A stretch of DNA of 64,000 nucleotides from Candidatus Saccharibacteria bacterium RIFCSPHIGHO2_12_FULL_41_12 (GCA_001790445.1 MGCQ01000008.1:26676-90675); one strand, 5' to 3'; shown: positions 32,891-41,629, counted from the first letter of the stretch. A program made the numbers and translations. Notes: generated by a model from the letters alone, not told the origin.

Positions 32891-35083
32891 ATGATTGATT
32901 TAATTGTTTTGGTGGTGACAACGTTTGTCCTAGGGCTTTTAGGCCTAACTGTAGTTTCAAGAAATGGACAATATCTAATAAACAAATTATTTGCGGTGTT
33001 AACAGCTATGGCAATTTTATGGGGTATTGCAAACTATTCGACCAATCATGTTACAGGTTATGAGCAGCAACTCTTTGCCAATAAGCTGTCTCTTTTTATT
33101 GGATTCTTGCTTATACAGACTATGTGGTTTTTATCAATATACTTCCCAAAAAAGATTGATGAACGCAAAATACAGCGTAGGGTTTCGTTCTTTGTAACGA
33201 TAACTTTACTAATTCTAACCCTATTTACCGATAAAATTGTGAACAGTGTTGTTTATGTGCCAACAAAAAAAATTACAGACATAATTACAGGTGAACTATT
33301 CTATGTATATGTATTAGCAGCTGCTATATTTTTTGGACTTTTGGTTTATAATTTTTATACAACTTATAGGGCTAAAGAGCTGGACTCACTACAGCGGCAA
33401 CAAATAAAATATGCTTCCATGGGGCTTCTTTTTTCGTTCGTATGGGTTATGTTGGTTGCTGCCGTCATACCTTCGATAACAAACAATTGGGAGATATCAA
33501 AGTTTGGTTCAGTGGGGACTTTGTTTATGGTTGCGTTTATTTCATTCTCGATAGTTCGTTATAAACTTTTTGATATTAAGACTGTTGTTGTCCGCGGTTT
33601 TGTTTATACTATTACTACCACTGTTTTGGTGACTATATATTCTGGGATATCATTGCCGATTAAAAATTATCTTGTTCAGGCAAATGTTGGGGCTTACACG
33701 TCAACGATAACCGAGATTGTGCTTCTTGGAATGTTTGGTGTGTCGTTTTATCCTTTGAAACTATATTTTGACAGAGTTACTACCAAGTATTTTTTTCGTG
33801 ATCATTATAATGTTCAAGAAGTGCTCAAGACTATTAATACAATCTTGTCAGTCAGTGTTGATCTAGATAAAATGTTACACCGAGTCGGAGGTATCCTTAA
33901 GAAGACACTCTTAATAGAGCATTGTGCGTTTATCATTGACGAAGATCAGATAACTGGTCAGATACGATATATAAACGTCGGAAAATCTGTATCAAAAGTT
34001 AGTCTGCCTCAGGGGATAGACAAATTGTTCCGTGGAAGAAATGTTGTCATAGTTGATCAATTAAAAGACGAAGGCGTAGAGCAGGAGCTTAAAAAATACC
34101 TCGTATTTCAAAGCATAGCCGTTCTCGTCAAACTCAGAGGGGTAGAAGAACACGGACACGTGGAGAATCAAGGCTATATTATCCTCAGTGATAAAAAAAG
34201 TGGCAAAGGGTTCTCTGGGCAGGACGAGAAGATGCTGGACATATTGTCTGGGCAACTGGCAGTGGCGGCAGAAAACTTGATACATCTTGACGAGATTGTG
34301 CACTTTAACATCAAATTGCAAGACGAAGTTACTGATGCGACCAAACAGTTAAAGGTCAAAAACAAAAAACTGCAAGAGCTGGACGAAACCAAAGACGAAT
34401 TCGTCAGCATGGCGTCGCACCAACTTCGCACACCACTAACATCTATCAAGGGCTATTTGAGCATGGTGCTAGATGGCGACACAGGGGAGCTCAAACCTGC
34501 CCAAAAGCAATTTCTCGACCAAGCATATATGAGCACCCAGCGGATGGTTTATTTGATTGCGGATCTGCTCAATCTGTCGCGTCTTAAAACCGGCAAATTC
34601 GTGATCACCCCACAGCCGACCAATCTGGCGGGGATGATAGAGGGCGAAATTCATCAGATAGAAGAGACCGCCAAATCAAGAGGTCACAAAGTTAGCTTTA
34701 TGTGTGATCCGTCTATTCCTGATCTGATGCTGGATGATATGAAGACCAGGCAGGTGATCATGAACTTTATAGACAATGCTATCTACTATACCCCAGAAGG
34801 GGGCAAAATACAGGTGTTTTTGGAGCAGAAAGATGGCAAAGCAATTTTCAAAGTATCAGACAACGGTATAGGTGTAGCCAAAGAAGACCAAAAAGAGCTA
34901 TTTGCTAAATTCTACCGCGCGGGCAACGCGCGAAAAGCCCGCCCAGACGGCACAGGGCTGGGGCTGTACATGGCCAAGATGGTTATTGATGCCGAAGGTG
35001 GCGATTTGCTATTTTCTAGCGAAGAGGGCAAAGGCAGCACCTTTGGCTTCAGCTTTGATATAAACCAGCTAAAACCCCAATAA
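32891..35083 (+). CDS. sensor histidine kinase with ~8-TM N-terminal sensor, GAF-like middle region, HisKA and HATPase_c domains
   Basis: H-box FVSMASHQLRTPLTSIKGY, N-box NFIDNAIYYTPEGG, and G-boxes DNGIGV and GTGLGLYMAK. Confidence 0.88.
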   Translation: MIDLIVLVVTTFVLGLLGLTVVSRNGQYLINKLFAVLTAMAILWGIANYSTNHVTGYEQQLFANKLSLFIGFLLIQTMWFLSIYFPKKIDERKIQRRVSFFVTITLLILTLFTDKIVNSVVYVPTKKITDIITGELFYVYVLAAAIFFGLLVYNFYTTYRAKELDSLQRQQIKYASMGLLFSFVWVMLVAAVIPSITNNWEISKFGSVGTLFMVAFISFSIVRYKLFDIKTVVVRGFVYTITTTVLVTIYSGISLPIKNYLVQANVGAYTSTITEIVLLGMFGVSFYPLKLYFDRVTTKYFFRDHYNVQEVLKTINTILSVSVDLDKMLHRVGGILKKTLLIEHCAFIIDEDQITGQIRYINVGKSVSKVSLPQGIDKLFRGRNVVIVDQLKDEGVEQELKKYLVFQSIAVLVKLRGVEEHGHVENQGYIILSDKKSGKGFSGQDEKMLDILSGQLAVAAENLIHLDEIVHFNIKLQDEVTDATKQLKVKNKKLQELDETKDEFVSMASHQLRTPLTSIKGYLSMVLDGDTGELKPAQKQFLDQAYMSTQRMVYLIADLLNLSRLKTGKFVITPQPTNLAGMIEGEIHQIEETAKSRGHKVSFMCDPSIPDLMLDDMKTRQVIMNFIDNAIYYTPEGGKIQVFLEQKDGKAIFKVSDNGIGVAKEDQKELFAKFYRAGNARKARPDGTGLGLYMAKMVIDAEGGDLLFSSEEGKGSTFGFSFDINQLKPQ

Positions 35084-35097
35084 TTCCTAATTAGGTA

Positions 35098-35126
35098 TTG
35101 ACATATCGTACCTAAGTATATACAAT
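35098..35126 (+). promoter_or_regulatory. promoter of the second DinJ/YafQ-type TA operon, with dyad
   Basis: TTGACA (35098-35103), 17 nt, then TACAAT (35121-35126). The inverted repeat cgtacc...ggtacg spans the spacer and -10 box. Confidence 0.55.
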
Positions 35127-35136
35127 GGTACGTATC

Positions 35137-35418
35137 ATGAGTAGTTCAACAACAATGAATTTCAAAATAGACAAAGATCTCAAGGTACAGGCAAAGAAGA
35201 CAGCCTCTGCTATTGGTATTCCATTGTCTACTTTGCTTAATGCTTATTTGATTGATTTTGTCGCAACAGGTCGTGTTGAATTCACTGCTTCCGAACAGAT
35301 GACTCCACAGATGGAGCGGATCATTGAAGAATGCGAACAGGACATAGCAGAAGGTAACCTAAGCGGGCCTTTCCACACAAAAGAAGAATTATTTGAGCAC
35401 TTGGATAGCTTGAAGTGA
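35137..35418 (+). CDS. RelB/DinJ-family antitoxin (second copy)
   Basis: MNFKIDKDLKVQAKKTASAIGIPLSTLLNAYL pattern. The track start at 35125 lies inside the -10 box, so ATG 35137 (or 35155) is preferred. Confidence 0.7.
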   Translation: MSSSTTMNFKIDKDLKVQAKKTASAIGIPLSTLLNAYLIDFVATGRVEFTASEQMTPQMERIIEECEQDIAEGNLSGPFHTKEELFEHLDSLK

Positions 35419-35672
35419 TAATTGAGACAACCAGGAAATTTGATAAGCAATACGCAAAATTACCACAGAAAACTAAAACTCAGTTCAAAAATAGAGCCAC
35501 TATTTTTAGATTAGAGCCCCATCACCCAAGCCTAAGGAACCATGCATTAAAGGGTAAATACCAAAATTACAGGAGTATAGACATAACAGGAGATGTAAGG
35601 GCTATTTATACAAAACGCGGTGAAACTATAGTAATCTTTGGTTTTATCGGCTCCCACAGCCAACTCTACTGA
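35415..35672 (+). CDS. YafQ/RelE-family mRNA interferase toxin (second copy)
   Basis: LRNHALKGKYQNYRSIDITGDVRAIY...IGSHSQLY. Its start overlaps the antitoxin stop by 4 nt. Confidence 0.8.
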   Translation: MIIETTRKFDKQYAKLPQKTKTQFKNRATIFRLEPHHPSLRNHALKGKYQNYRSIDITGDVRAIYTKRGETIVIFGFIGSHSQLY

Positions 35673-35718
35673 CAACAAACAAAGATTCAACATGATGAAA
35701 TATAATGCGTGAATTAAA

Positions 35719-35754
35719 ATATCATTTTCGCAACACGTGTATAATAAATGATAT
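35719..35754. promoter_or_regulatory. 36-bp palindromic motif, copy 1 (ATATCATTTT-N-AACACGTGT-N-AAATGATAT)
   Basis: atatcattttcgcaacacgtgtataataaatgatat. It has 9-10-bp outer arms plus an ACACGTGT core. The same 36-bp layout recurs at 36388-36423 and 41523-41558. Confidence 0.7.
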
Positions 35755-35785
35755 TAACAGATAAGCAGGTGGGGTAAATTAGCAA

Positions 35786-36322
35786 GTGAGTAAGAAAGCA
35801 GCGAATTTAATTGTGCAGATTATAGGTGGTGGGCTGGTGATATCAGCAGGGATGGTCGCTCCCAATGCCGTTGTTCCTCTGGCAAAGATCTTAATCAAAA
35901 GGCAGAAAAGTGCCAAAGAAACAGAGATTATCCAGGGGCTTAACTATGCCAAGAGACTAAAACTAGTCAAAATCCAGCAAAATGGTAGCCAGTTCACAGT
36001 GAAGCTCACCGAAAAAGGTCAAAAACGCCTGACAAAGATTAATCTCACTACCCCTTTAAAACAAGCCAAATGGGATGGGAAGTGGCGGATACTCTTATTT
36101 GATATCCCCAACAAAAAGACAGATGCGAGAAATGCTCTACGACTCACTATGCGGGAGCTGGGCATGCAGAAGCTTCAAGATAGTGCTTGGGTGACGCCTT
36201 GGGACTGTTCTGCTCAGTTCCTAGCAATGAAATACGTCTATGGTATCGAGCCGTACATAACTCTGATAGTTGCTGGTAGTATCGATGAAGAAGAGAAGTG
36301 GAAAAAACAATTCAAACTATAA
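35786..36322 (+). CDS. PaaX-like / Cas2-fold-like putative DNA-binding protein with N-terminal membrane segment
   Basis: GTG start. The block WDGKWRILLFDIPNKKTDARNALRLTMRELGMQKLQDSAWVTPWD matches the PaaX-family middle-domain pattern (W.G.W..v.fdIPe..R..R..lr..L...Gf..lq.svWv.P). Confidence 0.5.
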   Translation: MSKKAANLIVQIIGGGLVISAGMVAPNAVVPLAKILIKRQKSAKETEIIQGLNYAKRLKLVKIQQNGSQFTVKLTEKGQKRLTKINLTTPLKQAKWDGKWRILLFDIPNKKTDARNALRLTMRELGMQKLQDSAWVTPWDCSAQFLAMKYVYGIEPYITLIVAGSIDEEEKWKKQFKL

Positions 36323-36387
36323 GTGACTTGTGCTATAGCTAGCTTGTGAACCCAGCTTCTCCATCGGTAGTTGATCAATATATTTGA

Positions 36388-36423
36388 ATATCATTTTTGC
36401 AACACGTGTTTAGAAAATGATAT
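36388..36423. promoter_or_regulatory. 36-bp palindromic motif, copy 2
   Basis: atatcatttttgcaacacgtgtttagaaaatgatat. Confidence 0.7.
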
Positions 36424-36548
36424 TTTTATAACTGTAATTGGTGGCTGTATTTGCTAACTGTTATGGTTTAAAATAATCTAAATAAACTGTTGAGTAGGGG
36501 TTAACAGGGGGGAGGTTGGATTGTGTGAGGAATTTTACAGTAAAATAC

Positions 36549-36577
36549 TTGACGAAACTATGTAAATGTGGTAAGCT
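36549..36577 (+). promoter_or_regulatory. promoter candidate of the secreted-protein operon
   Basis: TTGACG (36549-36554), 17 nt, then TAAGCT (36572-36577) with a TGg extended -10. Confidence 0.4.
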
Positions 36578-36626
36578 TGTAACGAAACTAAATGGAGTTT
36601 CTGTCAATTAAGGAGAATATATAAAA

Positions 36627-37487
36627 ATGACCCACTTTGAACAAGATCCCAACAGAATAACGATGCGAGACCGAGTTGGAGAATTAGTCGGTACAGCTAG
36701 AATGTTAGCAAGCGACATATACCACAACCCAGATAACAGACGTGCCACTGCAATGGTAATATTAGGTATTGGTGGTCTTGCAGGTGCAGGTGTTGCCCAC
36801 GCTTCAGGTAGTCAAGAACCTATAAGTAAAGTTGCAGGTGTTAATTTAGAGATGTCTCATTACCCGAAAAGTGGGATTTGGAATGTTTGTAACTCAGATA
36901 CCCAAGACGTAGTACATAGGTTTGACCCTGCCAACCCTTCTGCTAGAGAGATGCCACAACCTGTAGGCGCTACAGGCTTAACCGGTCCGACTGGAGAAGT
37001 AGATAAAGATGAAATTACAACTGATCCTAATTGTTCACCTCGTTGGGGATTTGATTGGACAGGTGAACCTTCGAAGAAAAAGTCTTGTAGAACTACTGCT
37101 ACGGGTAACTGGTCTGGTAAGACTTCAAAATTAAGAGGTAATAAGCTTACAAGTACTCTCGATATAACAGGCGTACAGACTTGTTCTAGTATAGGCAAAA
37201 GAGAATTTAAAGTATGGCCAGCTGTTATCAATCCAGGAAGTAATGTAGCTACCAAAATAGGTAAACAACTGGTATTTAGAACAAATAAAGCCGAGGGTGA
37301 ATACGGCAAATACTCAGGAGGTTCAACAAAAAGAAGACAAGTCAACTTAAAAATAGACAAAAATAAAGTAAACTGTGGTGACGGAACCCCAGAAGTCTTT
37401 ACTATAGTCAGAACTACTTTACTTACAAAGAAAGGCGAAAACAATAACAGAGTGTACGTTATCCCAGTCAAGGGTGAATGTAAATAA
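36627..37487 (+). CDS. hypothetical secreted/membrane-anchored Cys-containing protein (286 aa)
   Basis: AGGAGAA ribosome-binding site, an internal signal-anchor (ATAMVILGIGGLAGAGVAHA), and several Cys in the extracytoplasmic part. No recognisable domain. Confidence 0.5.
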   Translation: MTHFEQDPNRITMRDRVGELVGTARMLASDIYHNPDNRRATAMVILGIGGLAGAGVAHASGSQEPISKVAGVNLEMSHYPKSGIWNVCNSDTQDVVHRFDPANPSAREMPQPVGATGLTGPTGEVDKDEITTDPNCSPRWGFDWTGEPSKKKSCRTTATGNWSGKTSKLRGNKLTSTLDITGVQTCSSIGKREFKVWPAVINPGSNVATKIGKQLVFRTNKAEGEYGKYSGGSTKRRQVNLKIDKNKVNCGDGTPEVFTIVRTTLLTKKGENNNRVYVIPVKGECK

Positions 37488-37566
37488 AAGACTCTGGACT
37501 AAAGTTGTAGTATAGATTTACCTCTATTGCACGCTTTTATGCTTGTGTATATAATAGTGATAAGTT

Positions 37567-38481
37567 ATGAGGGCAAAATTATCTAAGTTTATTCTGGAGG
37601 CTAGGAAGAAGTCTCTTTTTATAATAATTTTTTCGGGTATTCTTCTTCTAAGTATTTTATTAATTTTTAGTCTTTTTAGGATCCTAACTGCTACTGGGGG
37701 AATAGCTTTGATAGTAGACAATAAGAAATATTCAAAGACAAATGTAGAAAAGTATATTAAGTATGGTGAAGACACAGGGCTTGATAGAGAACAAGCAATC
37801 AATGCAGTGGTCGAAAATTTAAAATTTCTTGCTGCAGCAGATAAACTTGCAACTAAGTATGACCAAAATAAAGTCGATAACAGATATAATGAGCTAAAGA
37901 AAACATATAAGAAGTCTGACTATGGAGATTACTTAAACAAATTAGCTCAAAAACAGATAATTGCAGAAGATTTACAACAAGGAGATATTCAGAAGGGGTA
38001 TTACTTTGAATTTTATTATGGACAGCATATCCAAACAGGTCCGGGCAATAAAATCGCAGGGGTAGGTGACAAAAACCTGATTGAGAAAGACCGACAGTAT
38101 GCAAAAGCACGTGCAGACTATTATTATAATATCTTGAAAAACCAGAAAGTTTCTGCAAGTGACACTTATGCTATGGTTCAGCAAGAGGTGCAAAAAGACC
38201 CGACAAATGCGGGTGTGCATATTTCTACCAAGCCATTTGGCAATAACTCGTCTGAAGAATGGCAGGATGAAATTCAAAATAGTGAAACGATATCAACCGT
38301 TTATTCAACTAGTGGAGTCAGTGATATCAAAACAAGAAAAGGGGCAGTTAATATTGGACCTTCTTCTCTGATGACAGATGTGGCTTACTATATTATTGCA
38401 AAGACAAGTGGCAATAATAATGCGGAAATTACTAGATTTAAAAAAACAATAGATAATTTAAAAGTTGAAAGAAGGATATGA
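37567..38481 (+). CDS. hypothetical membrane-anchored protein (SurA-N-like chaperone resemblance, weak)
   Basis: N-terminal TM (LFIIIFSGILLLSILLIFSLF) and a helical Lys/Asp-rich ectodomain. The stop overlaps the next gene's start (ATGA). Confidence 0.45.
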   Translation: MRAKLSKFILEARKKSLFIIIFSGILLLSILLIFSLFRILTATGGIALIVDNKKYSKTNVEKYIKYGEDTGLDREQAINAVVENLKFLAAADKLATKYDQNKVDNRYNELKKTYKKSDYGDYLNKLAQKQIIAEDLQQGDIQKGYYFEFYYGQHIQTGPGNKIAGVGDKNLIEKDRQYAKARADYYYNILKNQKVSASDTYAMVQQEVQKDPTNAGVHISTKPFGNNSSEEWQDEIQNSETISTVYSTSGVSDIKTRKGAVNIGPSSLMTDVAYYIIAKTSGNNNAEITRFKKTIDNLKVERRI

Positions 38482-41180
38482 TTAATAAAAGATTAACCCT
38501 AGTATTTAAAGCTTTAGGTTTGTTTGTGGTATTTAATCTGTTATTTATTATCTTCGGTAGTCAGACAATTCAAGCAAGGTCTTGTGGTGTCGATACGAAA
38601 AATGTGCATGACTATGCTGGACTCATGGTTAATATGCGTTGGCAGCATAATGGAGGAGGGGCGTACTTTGAATCAAACAATACAAAAGTGAGACTTAATA
38701 CTATAGGAGATGTTAGTACCCCACCTGGGGGTATAGTTTATGTAAGCGGTGGTGCAGAACAAGATCGCAAGGACTCCTCAACCTTTCAACAAAAAGATTT
38801 TCCAGGGTGTGAGTACAACTCATCGGGAGACAACCATATGGTAATGCTCGGATATGATGGAAGTTCTAGAAGAGATGTGGCTGGTGACGGAAGAGCAGAC
38901 AGCTGGATGATTGACTGCGATTCAAGTATAAGAGACCCGGATGATAATGATACTCACCCTGGTTGGGATTCTAAGTACCAAAAATTTAGAGTTAGTGCCG
39001 TCGGGGTTCCAACAGGAGCAATTCCTGGCGGAAAGTGGCACGCGGTGGGGAGCGCTAACCCGTTTGAAGATGTAGCACCAGCAAATGGATTTACCAAAAA
39101 AGTTACTTTAGTGTACGAGGAGCCGTATGTACCCCCAAATAATCCAGCTTGCACATACTACAGTCACCCTGTTTATGCTAATTCAGCACATAGGTTCACA
39201 GTGTTTGGGCGTGGTGCTACGGTTAGTCCAACTTCACCAACTGATGGCGGTATTCATACGACCAGAGACCTTAGTGCAGACGGGGTAGCTAATATATCTT
39301 GGGCAAGCCCGCTTCCTGGGTATGTTTGGCAATCATCAGTTATAAATCCCTGGAGTGATTACACTTGGGACAAAACTTTAGGTTCTGGTGATACCCCTCC
39401 TGTTGATAGTGGGTGGCAGATATTGTACGAACGTTGGTATGAATATAGAAACGCTGCCAACAAAGTAAGGTATCAATATTTTAGAGAAGTTACCACAGTA
39501 GATGATTGTTACAAAGCTGATATAGATGAGCCGGGAGCAGGCTGTTCAAGCTTACATATCGAGGGAGATAGGCCACCAGGAGGTAATGCAAATTCAGTTA
39601 AGGCTGGAACTAACTTTACCGTTTCGGGTGGTGTCAAGAATACAGGGAACATGAATATACCGATAACCGTAAAAGTTATAGATGGCGGAGGAATGGCTGG
39701 TAGCCAGGATGACGTTGGTAGCCTAGGTCCAGGTCTTCCAGCCCCATTCGATATACCAATGACGTCTATAAATGATGTTTCCCATAGAATTGTTACTGTC
39801 CAACCTCAATATAATGGATTTGCTATAGGCGGGGACTGTTCAATAGAAGTTGATACTTTTCAGCAGTTTAATATTACACCGATTGCTACCCTAGATACAG
39901 CACAAAATGATAACGAAAATCCTACAACTATACACTTTAACTACGGTGGTACTAGACAATTTGGACCAGATACAACGTCAGCAGGATCCTACACTGTTGC
40001 TGAGGCAAATCCAACTCTGGGAGACCCAACAATCCTAGTGGCTGGTGACACTACATCACCTATAGATGGGCCAAACGGGACCAATCTTACATACCAAAAT
40101 CAAAACATTGCAGGAAGCTACACTAATGCAAACATCAGGGCTACATTATCACCCGGAGAAAGATATTGTATCATTACCAAAATAACTGAGGCATTCGGAT
40201 GGCTAGGTCCTCATGGGAAGGTTGGCACTGGACCGTCGAGCAAAGATAGTTGCGCACGCGTGGTCAACAAGCCTTATGTGCGGTTTTATGGACAGGATGT
40301 CTTTGCTGGGGGCAATTTCCCAGATAGGGCTAGCGTAACCGGAGCAATTAGTACAAATAACCGAGCGCGTGCCGGATCAGGCGTAGAATATGCGGCTTTT
40401 GCCCTGGGAGCAATAGGTGGATTTAGCTCTAGTGATTTGCGATCGGATGGGTTTTTTGACCAGCTTAATTTTGCATCTTCTCCAAAAGGCAACTTTGGCG
40501 GATCGCACACAGCCACTGACTACTTTGCCAACAAACCAGACAACGCCACAGGAATTGCTTCCACTGCCACGCCATCTGGCACCCCTGTCCCAGTGACAAC
40601 GCCCCCTACAGAGGGAATTAACTCATACATAGCCGGCAATCTTACTCTAAATGCTAATACAAGCTTTTCTGGCAAACAAACCATCTTTGTCAGTGGAGAT
40701 GTCTATATAAGTGGCAACATTGTGTATGCTCCTTGGGGACCGAATATTAATGCTATCCCTAGCTTTAGGCTAATTGTAAAAGGTAACATCTATATCGACA
40801 AAGACGTCACGCAAATTGATGGATTTTTGGTAGCACAGCCAAATGGCGCCACCGGTGGAACAATTAGCACTTGTTCCAATAGTAGTGGAGCAAATGGTAG
40901 TTTGACCACTACAGGAGATAGAACTCCGACTAACGGTGAATGCTCTAGACAATTAGTTTTCAACGGAGCGCTAGTTGCCCAAAAGATTAAATGGCTCAGA
41001 ACATTTAAGACGCTTAGTGATGCAAAGCTCAGCGGACTGGAACCATATGACAACAACAGCTCTGCCGAGATTGTTAATACCTCGCCTGACTTTTACCTGG
41101 GCATACCTGCAGATCCGCCATCTGGTGGTGGCACCAGTGGTAAATATGACTCTTACCAAGCATTGCCACCAATACTTTAA
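38478..41180 (+). CDS. large secreted surface protein (900 aa) with CARDB-like Ig segment and beta-helix-like C-terminal region
   Basis: Signal peptide (ALGLFVVFNLLFIIFGSQTIQA). The segment SVKAGTNFTVSGGVKNTGNMNIPITVKVIDGG resembles CARDB domains. The C-terminal region shows repetitive GDVYISGNIVY / KGNIYIDKDV strands. Confidence 0.5.
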   Translation: MINKRLTLVFKALGLFVVFNLLFIIFGSQTIQARSCGVDTKNVHDYAGLMVNMRWQHNGGGAYFESNNTKVRLNTIGDVSTPPGGIVYVSGGAEQDRKDSSTFQQKDFPGCEYNSSGDNHMVMLGYDGSSRRDVAGDGRADSWMIDCDSSIRDPDDNDTHPGWDSKYQKFRVSAVGVPTGAIPGGKWHAVGSANPFEDVAPANGFTKKVTLVYEEPYVPPNNPACTYYSHPVYANSAHRFTVFGRGATVSPTSPTDGGIHTTRDLSADGVANISWASPLPGYVWQSSVINPWSDYTWDKTLGSGDTPPVDSGWQILYERWYEYRNAANKVRYQYFREVTTVDDCYKADIDEPGAGCSSLHIEGDRPPGGNANSVKAGTNFTVSGGVKNTGNMNIPITVKVIDGGGMAGSQDDVGSLGPGLPAPFDIPMTSINDVSHRIVTVQPQYNGFAIGGDCSIEVDTFQQFNITPIATLDTAQNDNENPTTIHFNYGGTRQFGPDTTSAGSYTVAEANPTLGDPTILVAGDTTSPIDGPNGTNLTYQNQNIAGSYTNANIRATLSPGERYCIITKITEAFGWLGPHGKVGTGPSSKDSCARVVNKPYVRFYGQDVFAGGNFPDRASVTGAISTNNRARAGSGVEYAAFALGAIGGFSSSDLRSDGFFDQLNFASSPKGNFGGSHTATDYFANKPDNATGIASTATPSGTPVPVTTPPTEGINSYIAGNLTLNANTSFSGKQTIFVSGDVYISGNIVYAPWGPNINAIPSFRLIVKGNIYIDKDVTQIDGFLVAQPNGATGGTISTCSNSSGANGSLTTTGDRTPTNGECSRQLVFNGALVAQKIKWLRTFKTLSDAKLSGLEPYDNNSSAEIVNTSPDFYLGIPADPPSGGGTSGKYDSYQALPPIL

Positions 41181-41216
41181 GGTTTCTAACAGCTTACTTT
41201 TCTCAATAACACCTTT

Positions 41217-41465
41217 TTGCCATCCCGCAGTGGCGGGACTGATGCAACATACTTTCTTGTGTTGACAAGAAAGTATGCAAAGAAACAACAGGCGGTTGAA
41301 CAGACTTGATGGGATTTCTTGTCGAGTATTACAACAGACTGCGGAACTCTCTCCCTTTGGTCGTTCAAACAGTCCTCGTCTGATAGTTGTAATCTCGACG
41401 AAATCTCTCAGGTCTGCTCAAGGCCTGACCAACAATCTGTATATTCCCGTAAGCAATATAGATTT
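41217..41465 (-). repeat. ~510-bp repeat family, copy C: inverted, 3'-half only
   Basis: This is the reverse complement of the 3' half of copy A, from the sub-terminal hairpin catactttcttg...caagaaagtatg through ...ctcaggtctgctcaaggcctgacc to the apical region. The terminal GC hairpin is replaced by tcccgc-agtg-gcggga. The 5' half is absent. Confidence 0.85.
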
Positions 41466-41522
41466 GGGATCAGATGTTGAGCAGACCTAAAAGGATAATG
41501 TTTGAATTTTCAATATCATTTT

Positions 41523-41558
41523 CTGAACACGTGTATCGAAAATGATATTTGCAAAACT
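41523..41558. promoter_or_regulatory. 36-bp palindromic motif, copy 3
   Basis: atatcattttctgaacacgtgtatcgaaaatgatat. Confidence 0.7.
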
Positions 41559-41593
41559 ATTTATACAAATGAGAGAAGTGGCTGTGGTAATAC

Positions 41594-41623
41594 TTGACAG
41601 TAAAAGTAAGAATTTGGTAAGAT
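41594..41623 (+). promoter_or_regulatory. promoter of the VapBC-type TA operon
   Basis: TTGACA (41594-41599), 18 nt, then TAAGAT (41618-41623) with a TGg extended -10. The ATG at 41630 follows after 6 nt. Confidence 0.5.
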
Positions 41624-41629
41624 AGTATT

